Shown: positions 28,322 to 37,500 of the stretch, piece by piece
How positions within the stretch are numbered: position 1 is the first letter of the stretch
How the letters are laid out: each line of letters opens with the position of its first letter
From: Bacteroidia bacterium
GTDB lineage: Bacteria; Bacteroidota; Bacteroidia; AKYH767-A; 2013-40CM-41-45
Direction: 5' to 3'
NCBI GenBank assembly: GCA_046330055.1
Contig: JAXLTM010000004.1
Span: forward strand, 2,547 to 66,546
Length of the DNA stretch: 64,000 bases
The notes under the pieces: model-generated
Seen by the model: the letters and a program-made list of their open reading frames with translations, nothing else
What the model was told of the DNA's origin: nothing
Database searches by the model: none
Made by a program: the position numbers and the translations under genes

Positions 28322-31144
28322 CTAATTTAATTCTACCAGGACAGCAGCATACGCTAATCTTCCTACAAGCGGGCCTCCGTAAACTTCGTAGTGCAAATTG
28401 TTGAGCAGATTGGAGGCGCCGATTTTGAAGGTGGAATGGATTTTCGGGATTTTTTTACTGACTTGGACGTCTACGATGTCGTAGCTTTCGATGGCGCCGG
28501 TGAATTGTGGAGAGCCTTCAAAGAGAAATCCCTGAACCCATTTGTAGTTGATATTAAAACTGACATTGTTCAATTTCAGTTGCGCGAATTCCAGATCGCG
28601 TGCGCTTAATCCGATGTTGTATTTGTTCTTAGGCGTATTGAATGCCGGAATGATCGGATCATCGCTGCCGCGCTTGTTCAATTCATTCCAGGAATAATTT
28701 GCATTTAAAGTGTATTTCTTGCCGAGATAATAATTGATACCGATGGAGAAACCCATAGAGCTTACCTGATCGGTTGCATTGCTGGCAACGCGGTAAATAT
28801 CGTCGATGCTAAGTTTCCAGCCACCTATCGATGTATAGGTTGGTGTCACCTTGGCTCCGATTACATATCCAATAAAGTCAGTGTAGAGGCTGTAATAGTA
28901 ATTTGCATCCAGATAAATTTTATTGAACAATGAAGCGCGATAACCAACTTCAAAAGTTTTCACTTTCTCCGGCCGAACCGGATCAACATTGAAATACTTC
29001 AGTTTCGCTGCATCGGCATAGCCGGTGTAAAAGTCGCGGATCGATTGTACGGTGACCAGTGAATCATAGCCGGAGATATTTCCGATAAGTTTTGCACGAC
29101 CGACATTATAAAACAAATACTGATCAGTCAGAGTTGGGTTTCGAATTGCCGAGCTGAATGAAAAACGGAAAATATTATTCGCATTCAAGGTGTAAACCAG
29201 TGAAGCAGCCGGTGAAAACAGATAATCAAAGTTTTCATTCTTATCCATTCGTGCAGTTATATTCACTTTCAATTTATCTTTCGAAAGTTTTTTCTCTAAT
29301 CCGGCATAAACACCAAATTCATAGTTTGTAATTTTTCTTCCTGATGTATCACTGAAAATTGTTCCATCAGATTCCGGACGATACCATCTCATATTTGCAC
29401 CGGTAATTACATCGCCGAAAGCCGGAGTAAATTTATACTCAGCCTGTGCATGATAGAGCTTTGACTTATCGTAAAATCTTGAACCTCCTTCGCTGAATGA
29501 TTTTCTCGAAGTAATCAATGCAAATAACGAATCAAAGCGACTTGTACCGGGCACATAAAACGGAAACTTATTCAGTGCTGCATTTGTCAGTGTATCGGCA
29601 TACAGGCTTGCGTTGTTGTGATACAGAACTAACGAGTCATAATAATTATTCATCAGAAACGGATTAATACTTGCCTGCCAGCTTGTATAGGCTGCCTGAT
29701 AAGCTGCAGTATCACCATTATAATTTGCAAGCAGAGGCTGAACAGGATAGCCCGGGAAATTTCTTTCCTTGTTATAGTAGTTTATTCCCGGCAACGACCA
29801 GAAATTAATGTAATCCTTACTCCAGTCTTCATCTGATTTTGCAGCGCTTTGCATCAGCAAGGCGGTAAAATAACTATCATAGGATTTCCCTGCATCTTCC
29901 TGCGTCATGTAAACTCTGACGAAGAACTTTCCTTCTTTCTTCAATTCCAATTTATGCTGAAAGAAAAGAATGTCTTTCAACGAATAGCGATTGTCGCCCT
30001 GATAAACTGTAGTTCCTGTTCCAAACGAAGTTCCGCCGATGAGCTCAACATCTTTCTTCACCTTATAATGCAATGCAAGCGCTGATTTAATATTCTGCGT
30101 TTTGTAATCTACGAGATCTTTTTCGGCGTAGCCGGTACGGTAGTAAATCATCACACCCGGACGCGAATTTGGAATTGCCGTAAAATCACTCGTTGCATAA
30201 TATTCATCACCATAAACATTCACAGCATCGTATCCGCCCGGATTATGGGTATCGCTGCGCGAATCGGTGGAGGCGCTCATATTGTTAGCTTCCCAGTCGT
30301 TGGCACGGAGGAAAAAGAGATTGAGTTTATAGGCCAACTTCTCTTCACCATTTTTATTTTTGATCACCTGTGCCCAGCGCACTGCTGTTTCCATCAGATT
30401 GCGTTCCCCGAATTTTGCAGAAACTTCTAAACCCGGTTTGATGAACGGACTGCGCGATGTCATGCTGATGACGCCGTTAAATGCATTCGGCCCGTAATAA
30501 GCCGAGCTTGCACCTGCAACGAGATCCACTTTCATTACATCCAGATCACAGGCACCAAGAAAATTTCCGAGAGAGAAGTTCAGTCCTGGCGATTGATTAT
30601 CGACGCCATCGATTAACTGCAATGAACGAACCGGTGAAGTACTGTTGAATCCGCGCGTATTCACGACGGTAAATCCAAGTGAAGCGCTGGTAAGGTCAAC
30701 ACCTTTCAATGTACCGAGTGCTTCGTAAAAAGAATTCTGCGGACACTCTTTAATGGCGATGATATCCATGCTCTCCACCGTGAGCGGAGCTTCCTTTTGT
30801 TTTTCGGTGACACGACTTTCAGAAACTTCTACTCCTTTGAGTTCAATATCCTTTGCCGCAAGTTTTAATGAAAGCGGTTTGGAATAATCTGTTACCACAA
30901 TTTCTTTGGAAACATATCCAACAAAACTAATAACCAGCGTAGCCGGAGCCGGGTGATTCAGCTTTAATTCGAACTTCCCATCGATGTCAGTGATGGCGCC
31001 ATTGGTTGTTCCTTTCTCAGCCACCGTTGCGCCAAATACCGTTTCATTATTCCCCTGATCGCGAACAACACCGGTAATACTTTGTGCAACAACTGATACT
31101 GAGGCCAATAAGGCAATCCACAACGCAGCGAATCTAAGCTTCAT
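28322..31144 (-). CDS. TonB-dependent receptor with N-terminal carboxypeptidase-regulatory-like domain
   Basis: 940 aa with signal peptide and a CarboxypepD_reg-like segment (ITGVVRDQGNNETVFGATV...DIDGKFEL). Has a plug region and beta-barrel, but the extreme C-terminus (AVLVELN) is not a canonical aromatic TonB-dependent-receptor terminus. No adjacent SusD-like gene. Confidence 0.85.
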   Translation of the reverse strand: MKLRFAALWIALLASVSVVAQSITGVVRDQGNNETVFGATVAEKGTTNGAITDIDGKFELKLNHPAPATLVISFVGYVSKEIVVTDYSKPLSLKLAAKDIELKGVEVSESRVTEKQKEAPLTVESMDIIAIKECPQNSFYEALGTLKGVDLTSASLGFTVVNTRGFNSTSPVRSLQLIDGVDNQSPGLNFSLGNFLGACDLDVMKVDLVAGASSAYYGPNAFNGVISMTSRSPFIKPGLEVSAKFGERNLMETAVRWAQVIKNKNGEEKLAYKLNLFFLRANDWEANNMSASTDSRSDTHNPGGYDAVNVYGDEYYATSDFTAIPNSRPGVMIYYRTGYAEKDLVDYKTQNIKSALALHYKVKKDVELIGGTSFGTGTTVYQGDNRYSLKDILFFQHKLELKKEGKFFVRVYMTQEDAGKSYDSYFTALLMQSAAKSDEDWSKDYINFWSLPGINYYNKERNFPGYPVQPLLANYNGDTAAYQAAYTSWQASINPFLMNNYYDSLVLYHNNASLYADTLTNAALNKFPFYVPGTSRFDSLFALITSRKSFSEGGSRFYDKSKLYHAQAEYKFTPAFGDVITGANMRWYRPESDGTIFSDTSGRKITNYEFGVYAGLEKKLSKDKLKVNITARMDKNENFDYLFSPAASLVYTLNANNIFRFSFSSAIRNPTLTDQYLFYNVGRAKLIGNISGYDSLVTVQSIRDFYTGYADAAKLKYFNVDPVRPEKVKTFEVGYRASLFNKIYLDANYYYSLYTDFIGYVIGAKVTPTYTSIGGWKLSIDDIYRVASNATDQVSSMGFSIGINYYLGKKYTLNANYSWNELNKRGSDDPIIPAFNTPKNKYNIGLSARDLEFAQLKLNNVSFNINYKWVQGFLFEGSPQFTGAIESYDIVDVQVSKKIPKIHSTFKIGASNLLNNLHYEVYGGPLVGRLAYAAVLVELN

Positions 31145-31161
31145 TCCTGAGGGTTTTCAAC

Positions 31162-31169
31162 CAAACATA
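31162..31169 (-). promoter_or_regulatory. Candidate -7 box TATGTTTG
   Basis: Perfect TAnnTTTG match on the minus strand, 17 nt upstream of the ATG at 31144. Confidence 0.45.
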
Positions 31170-31411
31170 GGGGATTTTTTGGGAAAAAACAATGGGCAGA
31201 TAGTAAGTAGTAAGTAGTAAGCAGCAGGGTGCAAATTTTCTCAATCTACGATTGCATATCAACTTTTACAACACGCTATATATAAGGCTCTGTACAGAAA
31301 AGCCTTTGCCCGATAGTATCTTAGTTGTTGATTGGAAAGTTTTGAAAGAATTGCCAAAAAAACTATCTTTATTTTGTTCTTTAACTTTTCAGTATCCAAA
31401 TACCTATTAAA

Positions 31412-33907
31412 ATGTCAATCAAAAATTTCTCCTTCATCTTGGTGGCTTTAATTTGCTTCATTCAAACTATTAAAGCCGCCTCTTCATTTGTCCCCAATCA
31501 CGGACAAATCAACCCAAAATTTACTTTTAACAATTTACCGGTCAGGTATTATTCGGAAGATCACAATTTAAGAGTATTTATCAATGACCAGGGAATCATT
31601 TATCAGTTTGTAAGGAATAATTCAGAAGGAAAAAAAGAAAAAATAAGAGTACATTCCGGAAATCCTACTTATGATGCTTTTACTTTTGAAATGAAATTAA
31701 TGAATTGCAATCAGACATCAAACTGGCAAAGCTCAGACTCAATGGATACTCGTTTAAATTTTTACAATGAAAATTGCGGAAAGGGCGTTGAGAATATTCA
31801 TCCCTGTAAACAAATTCTTCTTAAAAACATCTACAATAATATTGACTGGGAAATTATATTTGACAATGGTGAAATTAAATACAATTTCATCGTTCACCCG
31901 GGTGGCAATCCTTCAGACATAGAGATGCATTACTCTTATGCAGATAAAATTCAACTGTTGAATCATAATCTTCATATACAAACTTCACTCGGTCAGGTTT
32001 ATGAAAACCAGCCTGTGATTTTCCAAAATCAAAAATCTTTCTCAGCAAACTTTGTGCTTACAGAAAATACTGTAAAATTTCAATTGCCGGAATACTATTC
32101 ATCTTCAGAATTAATTATCGACCCCGGGGTTCGTTGGTCAACCTATTTTGGCGGAGCCAATGATGACTATGCACAAAATGTGGTCACGGATCTAGACCAG
32201 AATGTAATACTTTCCGGCGAAACATATAGTTTAGACGGAATATTTTTCGGTGGGTTTCAAAGCACTTTAAATGGCAACTCTGATATTTTCATTGCCAAGT
32301 ACAGTAATGATGGGCAATTATTATGGTCAACATATTATGGCGGTGAAGATCTGGAAGATCTTGCCAATACAATTACTGACTCCCTCAATTATATTTATTC
32401 TGCAATTTCTACATCTAGTTTTACCGGAATTGCTTACAATGGATATCAGGACACGATGCTGAACGGCTCAGACTACGCATTAATTAAATTAAATCCGCAA
32501 GGACAAAGAATTTGGAGTGAGTATTTTGACATGGGGGCACCTGGAAATGGTTCCAATACCGGAATCCTCCTTGATCATGAAAACAAACTCCTTCTTTACG
32601 GTAACGCCCCTGATTTCTGGGGTGGACCTGACTATCATTTTATGTCAATGTTCGACACGTCAGGTTACCATCTCAACGATACTTTGTTTTATAATTTTCT
32701 TGTAATTAATAATATCGTAAGTGATTCTCTAGGAAATTTAATTTTATGCGCTTCAACCGATATTTCTGGTCTTGCCAATAATGGCTTTAGAGATTCAATT
32801 ATCGGCGCATATGATCTATATATAAGCAAATTCCATCCCGGAAGTTCTAACTCAATTTGGGCGACCTATTATGGAGGAAGCAGGGATGAAGCCGGCAAAT
32901 GCATCATCGATAAAAATAATAGTGTTTACCTCTATGGAATCACTACTAGTTTGGATAATATCGCTTTTCATGGTTATCAAAGTACATATGAGAGTCTTAA
33001 TTTTACATGGGATGGTTTCGTTGTGAAGTTTGATTCTAGCGGGCAAAGAGAATGGGGATCTTATTTTGGCGGGAAAGAGAATGATGCAATCCATTCAGCA
33101 ACTACTGATAGCCAAGACCACCTGATTATTGCCGGTGAAACCTATAGCGATTCCGGTATGACAAAACTTGCTTACAAAAATACGATACAGGGCAATGATG
33201 CTTTTGTTTCTGAATTCAATCCGGATGGAAGCCTTGTATGGTCCACTTATTTTGGTGGTACTAATGGAGACTGGGCTACGTCTTGCACAGTTGACACCTT
33301 TGACAATATATACATCTGTGGCCCGACCGGTAGCACTGACCAAATTTCTATCAATGCATTTGATAGTTCTTTTGGTGGTTCAGGCGATGCATTTCTGGCA
33401 CAGCTAAATTGTGATGGTTGGAGCCAGAGTGCAGTTGTTTATGGAGAGAATTCACCAGATAATTTTTCAGATTACATCTACACTCTTGATACTTCAGGGG
33501 CATTAGGTTTTGAATGGGAAATTGAAGGCGGACACATCATCTCCGGTCAATACACCGATTCAGTTACTGTTCATTGGGATTCTCTCGGAACAGGAGCCAT
33601 TACCGGTTATGTGATGTACAGTCAGGGATGTTTTAGCGGGAATACTTTCACTACTCTAGTAAATGACTTGCCTAAAATTACCGATAGTCACGCACTAATT
33701 TATCCAAACCCTGCCACTAGCGAGTTTTACATTTCAGGCAAACAAATTTCAGAAATCAAAATTCTTGATGTAACCGGAAGAGATGTCTATTTTTCCAAAT
33801 CAGAAAATCCTTTTTACTCCACCACAGGCTTTTCGCCAGGAGTATATTTTGTTTCGTTTTTAGAAAACGGGAAATGTGTGAAAGGAAAATTGGTGATTAG
33901 TAAATAG
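31412..33907 (+). CDS. Secreted SBBP-type beta-propeller-repeat protein with T9SS C-terminal domain
   Basis: 831 aa. The motif W(S/A)TY(F/Y)GG..(D/E).(A/G) recurs about 6 times (SBBP-like). CTD is IYPNPATSEFYISG...SPGVYFVSF. Confidence 0.75.
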   Translation: MSIKNFSFILVALICFIQTIKAASSFVPNHGQINPKFTFNNLPVRYYSEDHNLRVFINDQGIIYQFVRNNSEGKKEKIRVHSGNPTYDAFTFEMKLMNCNQTSNWQSSDSMDTRLNFYNENCGKGVENIHPCKQILLKNIYNNIDWEIIFDNGEIKYNFIVHPGGNPSDIEMHYSYADKIQLLNHNLHIQTSLGQVYENQPVIFQNQKSFSANFVLTENTVKFQLPEYYSSSELIIDPGVRWSTYFGGANDDYAQNVVTDLDQNVILSGETYSLDGIFFGGFQSTLNGNSDIFIAKYSNDGQLLWSTYYGGEDLEDLANTITDSLNYIYSAISTSSFTGIAYNGYQDTMLNGSDYALIKLNPQGQRIWSEYFDMGAPGNGSNTGILLDHENKLLLYGNAPDFWGGPDYHFMSMFDTSGYHLNDTLFYNFLVINNIVSDSLGNLILCASTDISGLANNGFRDSIIGAYDLYISKFHPGSSNSIWATYYGGSRDEAGKCIIDKNNSVYLYGITTSLDNIAFHGYQSTYESLNFTWDGFVVKFDSSGQREWGSYFGGKENDAIHSATTDSQDHLIIAGETYSDSGMTKLAYKNTIQGNDAFVSEFNPDGSLVWSTYFGGTNGDWATSCTVDTFDNIYICGPTGSTDQISINAFDSSFGGSGDAFLAQLNCDGWSQSAVVYGENSPDNFSDYIYTLDTSGALGFEWEIEGGHIISGQYTDSVTVHWDSLGTGAITGYVMYSQGCFSGNTFTTLVNDLPKITDSHALIYPNPATSEFYISGKQISEIKILDVTGRDVYFSKSENPFYSTTGFSPGVYFVSFLENGKCVKGKLVISK

Positions 33908-34165
33908 TAATCAGTGATCGGTTTATCAGAGCGAAAATTTTTATTGTTAACTTTTTTGCTAATTTTTGAAAACCCTAAATTGCATAAAAGTTTATTTAGT
34001 GATTCCCTTAATAAGGTAGCAGGAAACTGTAATTTGCCTGAATTTAATTATTCAACAGACACTTTGAGATTGCCCATAGTAAAATCAATGAGGTGATTAT
34101 AACATACCTTAAAAATATTTAGTTGAAATTCTGCCGGGTGGAATAGATACGTCTCGAAGAGCTGC

Positions 34166-34432
34166 TTTTTTACCATACAGGTCACGAAGTACACAAGGAA
34201 CCACGTAGAGGCTGTTACTAAAGGCACCTTTGTGGTTCTTTGTGGATTATGTGAACTACGTGGTAAAAAAAGAAATTGCCCTCTCCGCCTGCAATACGTT
34301 TTTTTACCATACAGGTCACGAAATACACAAGGAACCACGTAGAGGCTGTTACTATAGGCACCTTTGTGGTTCTTTGTCGATTATGTGAACTAAGTGGTAA
34401 AAAAAGAGATTCTCCTCCCCGCCTGCGATATC
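34166..34432. repeat. Tandem duplication (2 x 134 bp) of a T-run / long imperfect hairpin / A-run element
   Basis: Copy starts are at 34166 and 34299. Each reads tttttt-accatacaggtcacgaa.tacacaaggaaccacgtagagg...cacctttgtggttctttgt.gattatgtgaacta.gtggt-aaaaaaa. Lies in a convergent gap. Confidence 0.85.
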
Positions 34433-34483
34433 GATATTCGTTACTCCAAAATCTGAATTCCCCAATCTCCAATACAAACCCGC

Positions 34484-34521
34484 TAATTACTAATTACTAA
34501 TTACTAATTACTAATTACTAT
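34484..34521. repeat. (TAATTAC)n array, about 5.5 units
   Basis: taattactaattactaattactaattactaattacta, lying 15 nt from the stop of the 34536 gene. Confidence 0.9.
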
Positions 34522-34535
34522 TCGCCATTCACCAA

Positions 34536-37500
34536 TCACTTCACCACCACCAACGCCCCCGTCTTCACAGCGCCGTTACTGAGGAATTTGTAGTAGTAAA
34601 CTCCTTTGGCGAGATCGAGCGTTTCGTAGCGGATCAGGTGTTCGCCTGCGCTTTGTTCGGAATTGAGAATGGTAGCGACTAAACTGCCGTCTGCTGTAAA
34701 GACTGAAAGATTCACCTGCTGCTGGGATTTCAATGTGAAGGCAAAAACGGTGTAGTCGTTTGCAGGATTTGGGAATACATACAATGTAGTGCTCTTCGTC
34801 AACTCCTCTATGCCGATGGATAAATCGAGAATTGCTACGGTATCGCACTTCATGCATTGATGTGCATCAGTAATACAAAGAGTATAAACGCCGGCAAGTA
34901 AAGAGTTCACTGAAACTGTGGTGTCATTTCCCGGTGTCCAGTTGTAATTGTATGGCGGTGTTCCTCCTGATACATTGGCAAGTGCGCTTCCGTCAGCACA
35001 GGTGGTGCAACTTGCATTCACATGGGTGATGGAAATTGAAAGGCTGTCGTCTTCCGTAATTACAAAGCTGACTGAATCCGGACAACCCATTGCATCGGTC
35101 ACAATCACGCGTGCCGTGCCTGCACAGGCGTTGGTGATGGTTTCTGATGTTGTTCCGTTGTTCCACAAATAAGAGTAGGGTGCTGTGCCTCCGCTTGCGA
35201 TTACACTTGCTTCGCCATTGCATTCGTTGAAGCAGGTGTGGCCGGCTGTTGTTCCGCTGAGTGAAATTGCCGGTGGCGCAGTGACGGTTCCTGATGTAGT
35301 AGCAGTACAACCGTGTGCATCGGTGAGCTGAAGTGCATACGTTCCGGTTGACAAACCAAAGGCTGTATCTGTGGTTTGATTTCCCGGCATCCATAAATAG
35401 GAATAGGGCATCGTTCCTCCGCCTGCTTCGGCAATCAACATTCCGTCGTTGGTGTTTGCGCACGATGGATTGTGCGCGAAGATCAATGCTCCCAATGGTG
35501 CGGGTTCTTCTACGAATGTGCCGATGGAGTCACGACAACCGTAAATATCGGTGACGATGATACTGTACAATCCTGCCGGCAATCCGCTCGCAGAAGCAGT
35601 TGATGAAACCGCCGGCGACCAGTCGTAAATAAACGGTCCGCTGCCGGAAGTTACATTCAATGATAACGCTCCGTCGTGATCGCCGTTGCATGTTGCCTGC
35701 GTCATTGAAGAAACAGTTAATTGTGGCGGTGATGTAGTAAGTACAGATACGACCGATGATAAACTACAACCATGCTGATCGGTCACCGTCACGGAATAAT
35801 TTCCGAATGCGAGATTTGTCGCGCTGTCGCTAACGGACACCGACGGATTCCAACTATAACTATACGCAGGTGTTCCGCCACCGGCAGTAACGACTGCACT
35901 TCCGTTGGCGCTGTTACAGGTTGAATTGACAATCTGACTGCTGATCGTAATCATTGAAGGCTGATTCACGCTTGCTCCTGCTGTTGCTGTGCAACCATGT
36001 GCATCAGCAATTGTCACAGAATAATTTCCTGCGTGAAGATTATTGGCAATCGAATCTGTTCCTCCCGATGGAGACCATTGAAACGTAAAAGGCGAAGTTC
36101 CTCCTATGGTATGTGCTGTTAAACGACCGCTGCTTTGAGAATAACATAATGCATCCTGCACGGCAATTGAAACAGAAATAGTTTCCGGCTCTCCGATCAC
36201 CACTTGTTGCACCGAAGTACAACCTGTCGCATCCTGAACAAGCACTGAATAATTTCCGGCCGATAGTCCGCCGGCAGAGGAAGAATTTCCGCCGGAAGGC
36301 GACCATTGATAAGTATAAGGCGCTACTCCGCCAACGGCTGATAAACTTGCCGAGCCATTGCTTCCGCCATGACAACTCACATCTTGTTGGGTGATGATAT
36401 TTGCCGTCATTCCGCTGTTGTTTTGCACAATCACAGAATCATACACTGAGCAACCATTGGCATCGGTTACGGTTACAAAATATTTTCCGGACAAAAGATT
36501 TTGTTCGGTTGAAGAAGCAGAATTATTGTGCTGCCACAAATAGGTGTAAGGCGAAGTTCCTCCGGATGCACTCACCGTTGCAGTTCCGTTTGCCATGGAG
36601 CACGATGAAGGATTTGAGGAAAGTGTTACTGTAAGAGCGGAAGGATTTGCAATCACTGCACTTCTCGTAGTTGTACAACCATTACCGTCGGTGATGATCA
36701 CTGAATAATTCCCTGATGAAAGTGAATTGACATTTGACGATGTACTTCCACCCGGACTCCACAAATAATTCAGCGTTCCTGTACCACCGGATGCAGTGAC
36801 AGAAACAGATCCGTCGTTTCCGTTGTGACAAGATACCGGTGAAGCATTTGTACTTGCTGTAATCACCGGGGCATCAGAAACCGTTGCTGATGAAGTTTGA
36901 GTACAACCTGCTGCGTCAGTAACGGTAACATTGTAGATGCCGGCTGCGACATTCGTCAACGATGCACTTGTTGCACCACCCGGTGACCAGAGATAAGTAT
37001 ATGCCGCCGTTCCTCCGCTTACTGATGAAGTCACACTTCCTCCGGCAACACCGAAGCAAGGTGTATTCGTGCTTTGTAAAGTTACGTTGAGGGCAGATGG
37101 TTGAGTAATGGTCACTGAAGTGGTAGCAGGACAATTCGTCGCATCCGTAACAGTAACGACATAGTTCCCTGCAGAAAGACCGCTTGCAGAAGAATTGCTT
37201 CCTCCCGAAGGCGACCATTGATAAGTATATGGTGCCGTTCCTCCTGCAACAGAAACTGATGCGCTTCCATTGGCAAGATTGAAACAACTTGCATTATTCG
37301 CTGTGCTAACACTCAAGGCAGGTGAAGAAGGATTGCTGATTGTTACAGATGAAACTGTAGTGCAATTATGTGCATCAGTTACAGTCACAGTATAAGTTCC
37401 CGAACATAAGCCGGTAGCAGAAGCTGTTGTATGTCCGCTTGACCATGAATAAGTGTACGGAGCTGTACCGCCGTTCACATTCACCGTCGCCGATCCCTGG

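Noticed and set aside
34048-34472. ORFs 34048-34338 and 34218-34472 (TTKVPLVTASTWFLVYFVTCMVKK), plus the plus-strand ORF 34276-34500
   Set aside because: They are read out of the two copies of the 134-bp hairpin repeat. Near-identical peptides arise only because the DNA repeat is duplicated.
34993-37287. Out-of-frame or antisense ORFs inside the CotH/SprB gene (34993-35463, 36040-36375, 36916-37287 and others)
   Set aside because: They lie wholly within a 5-kb ORF with clear domain content. Their Arg/Cys-rich composition is typical of off-frame reading of Gly/Thr/Ser-rich repeats.
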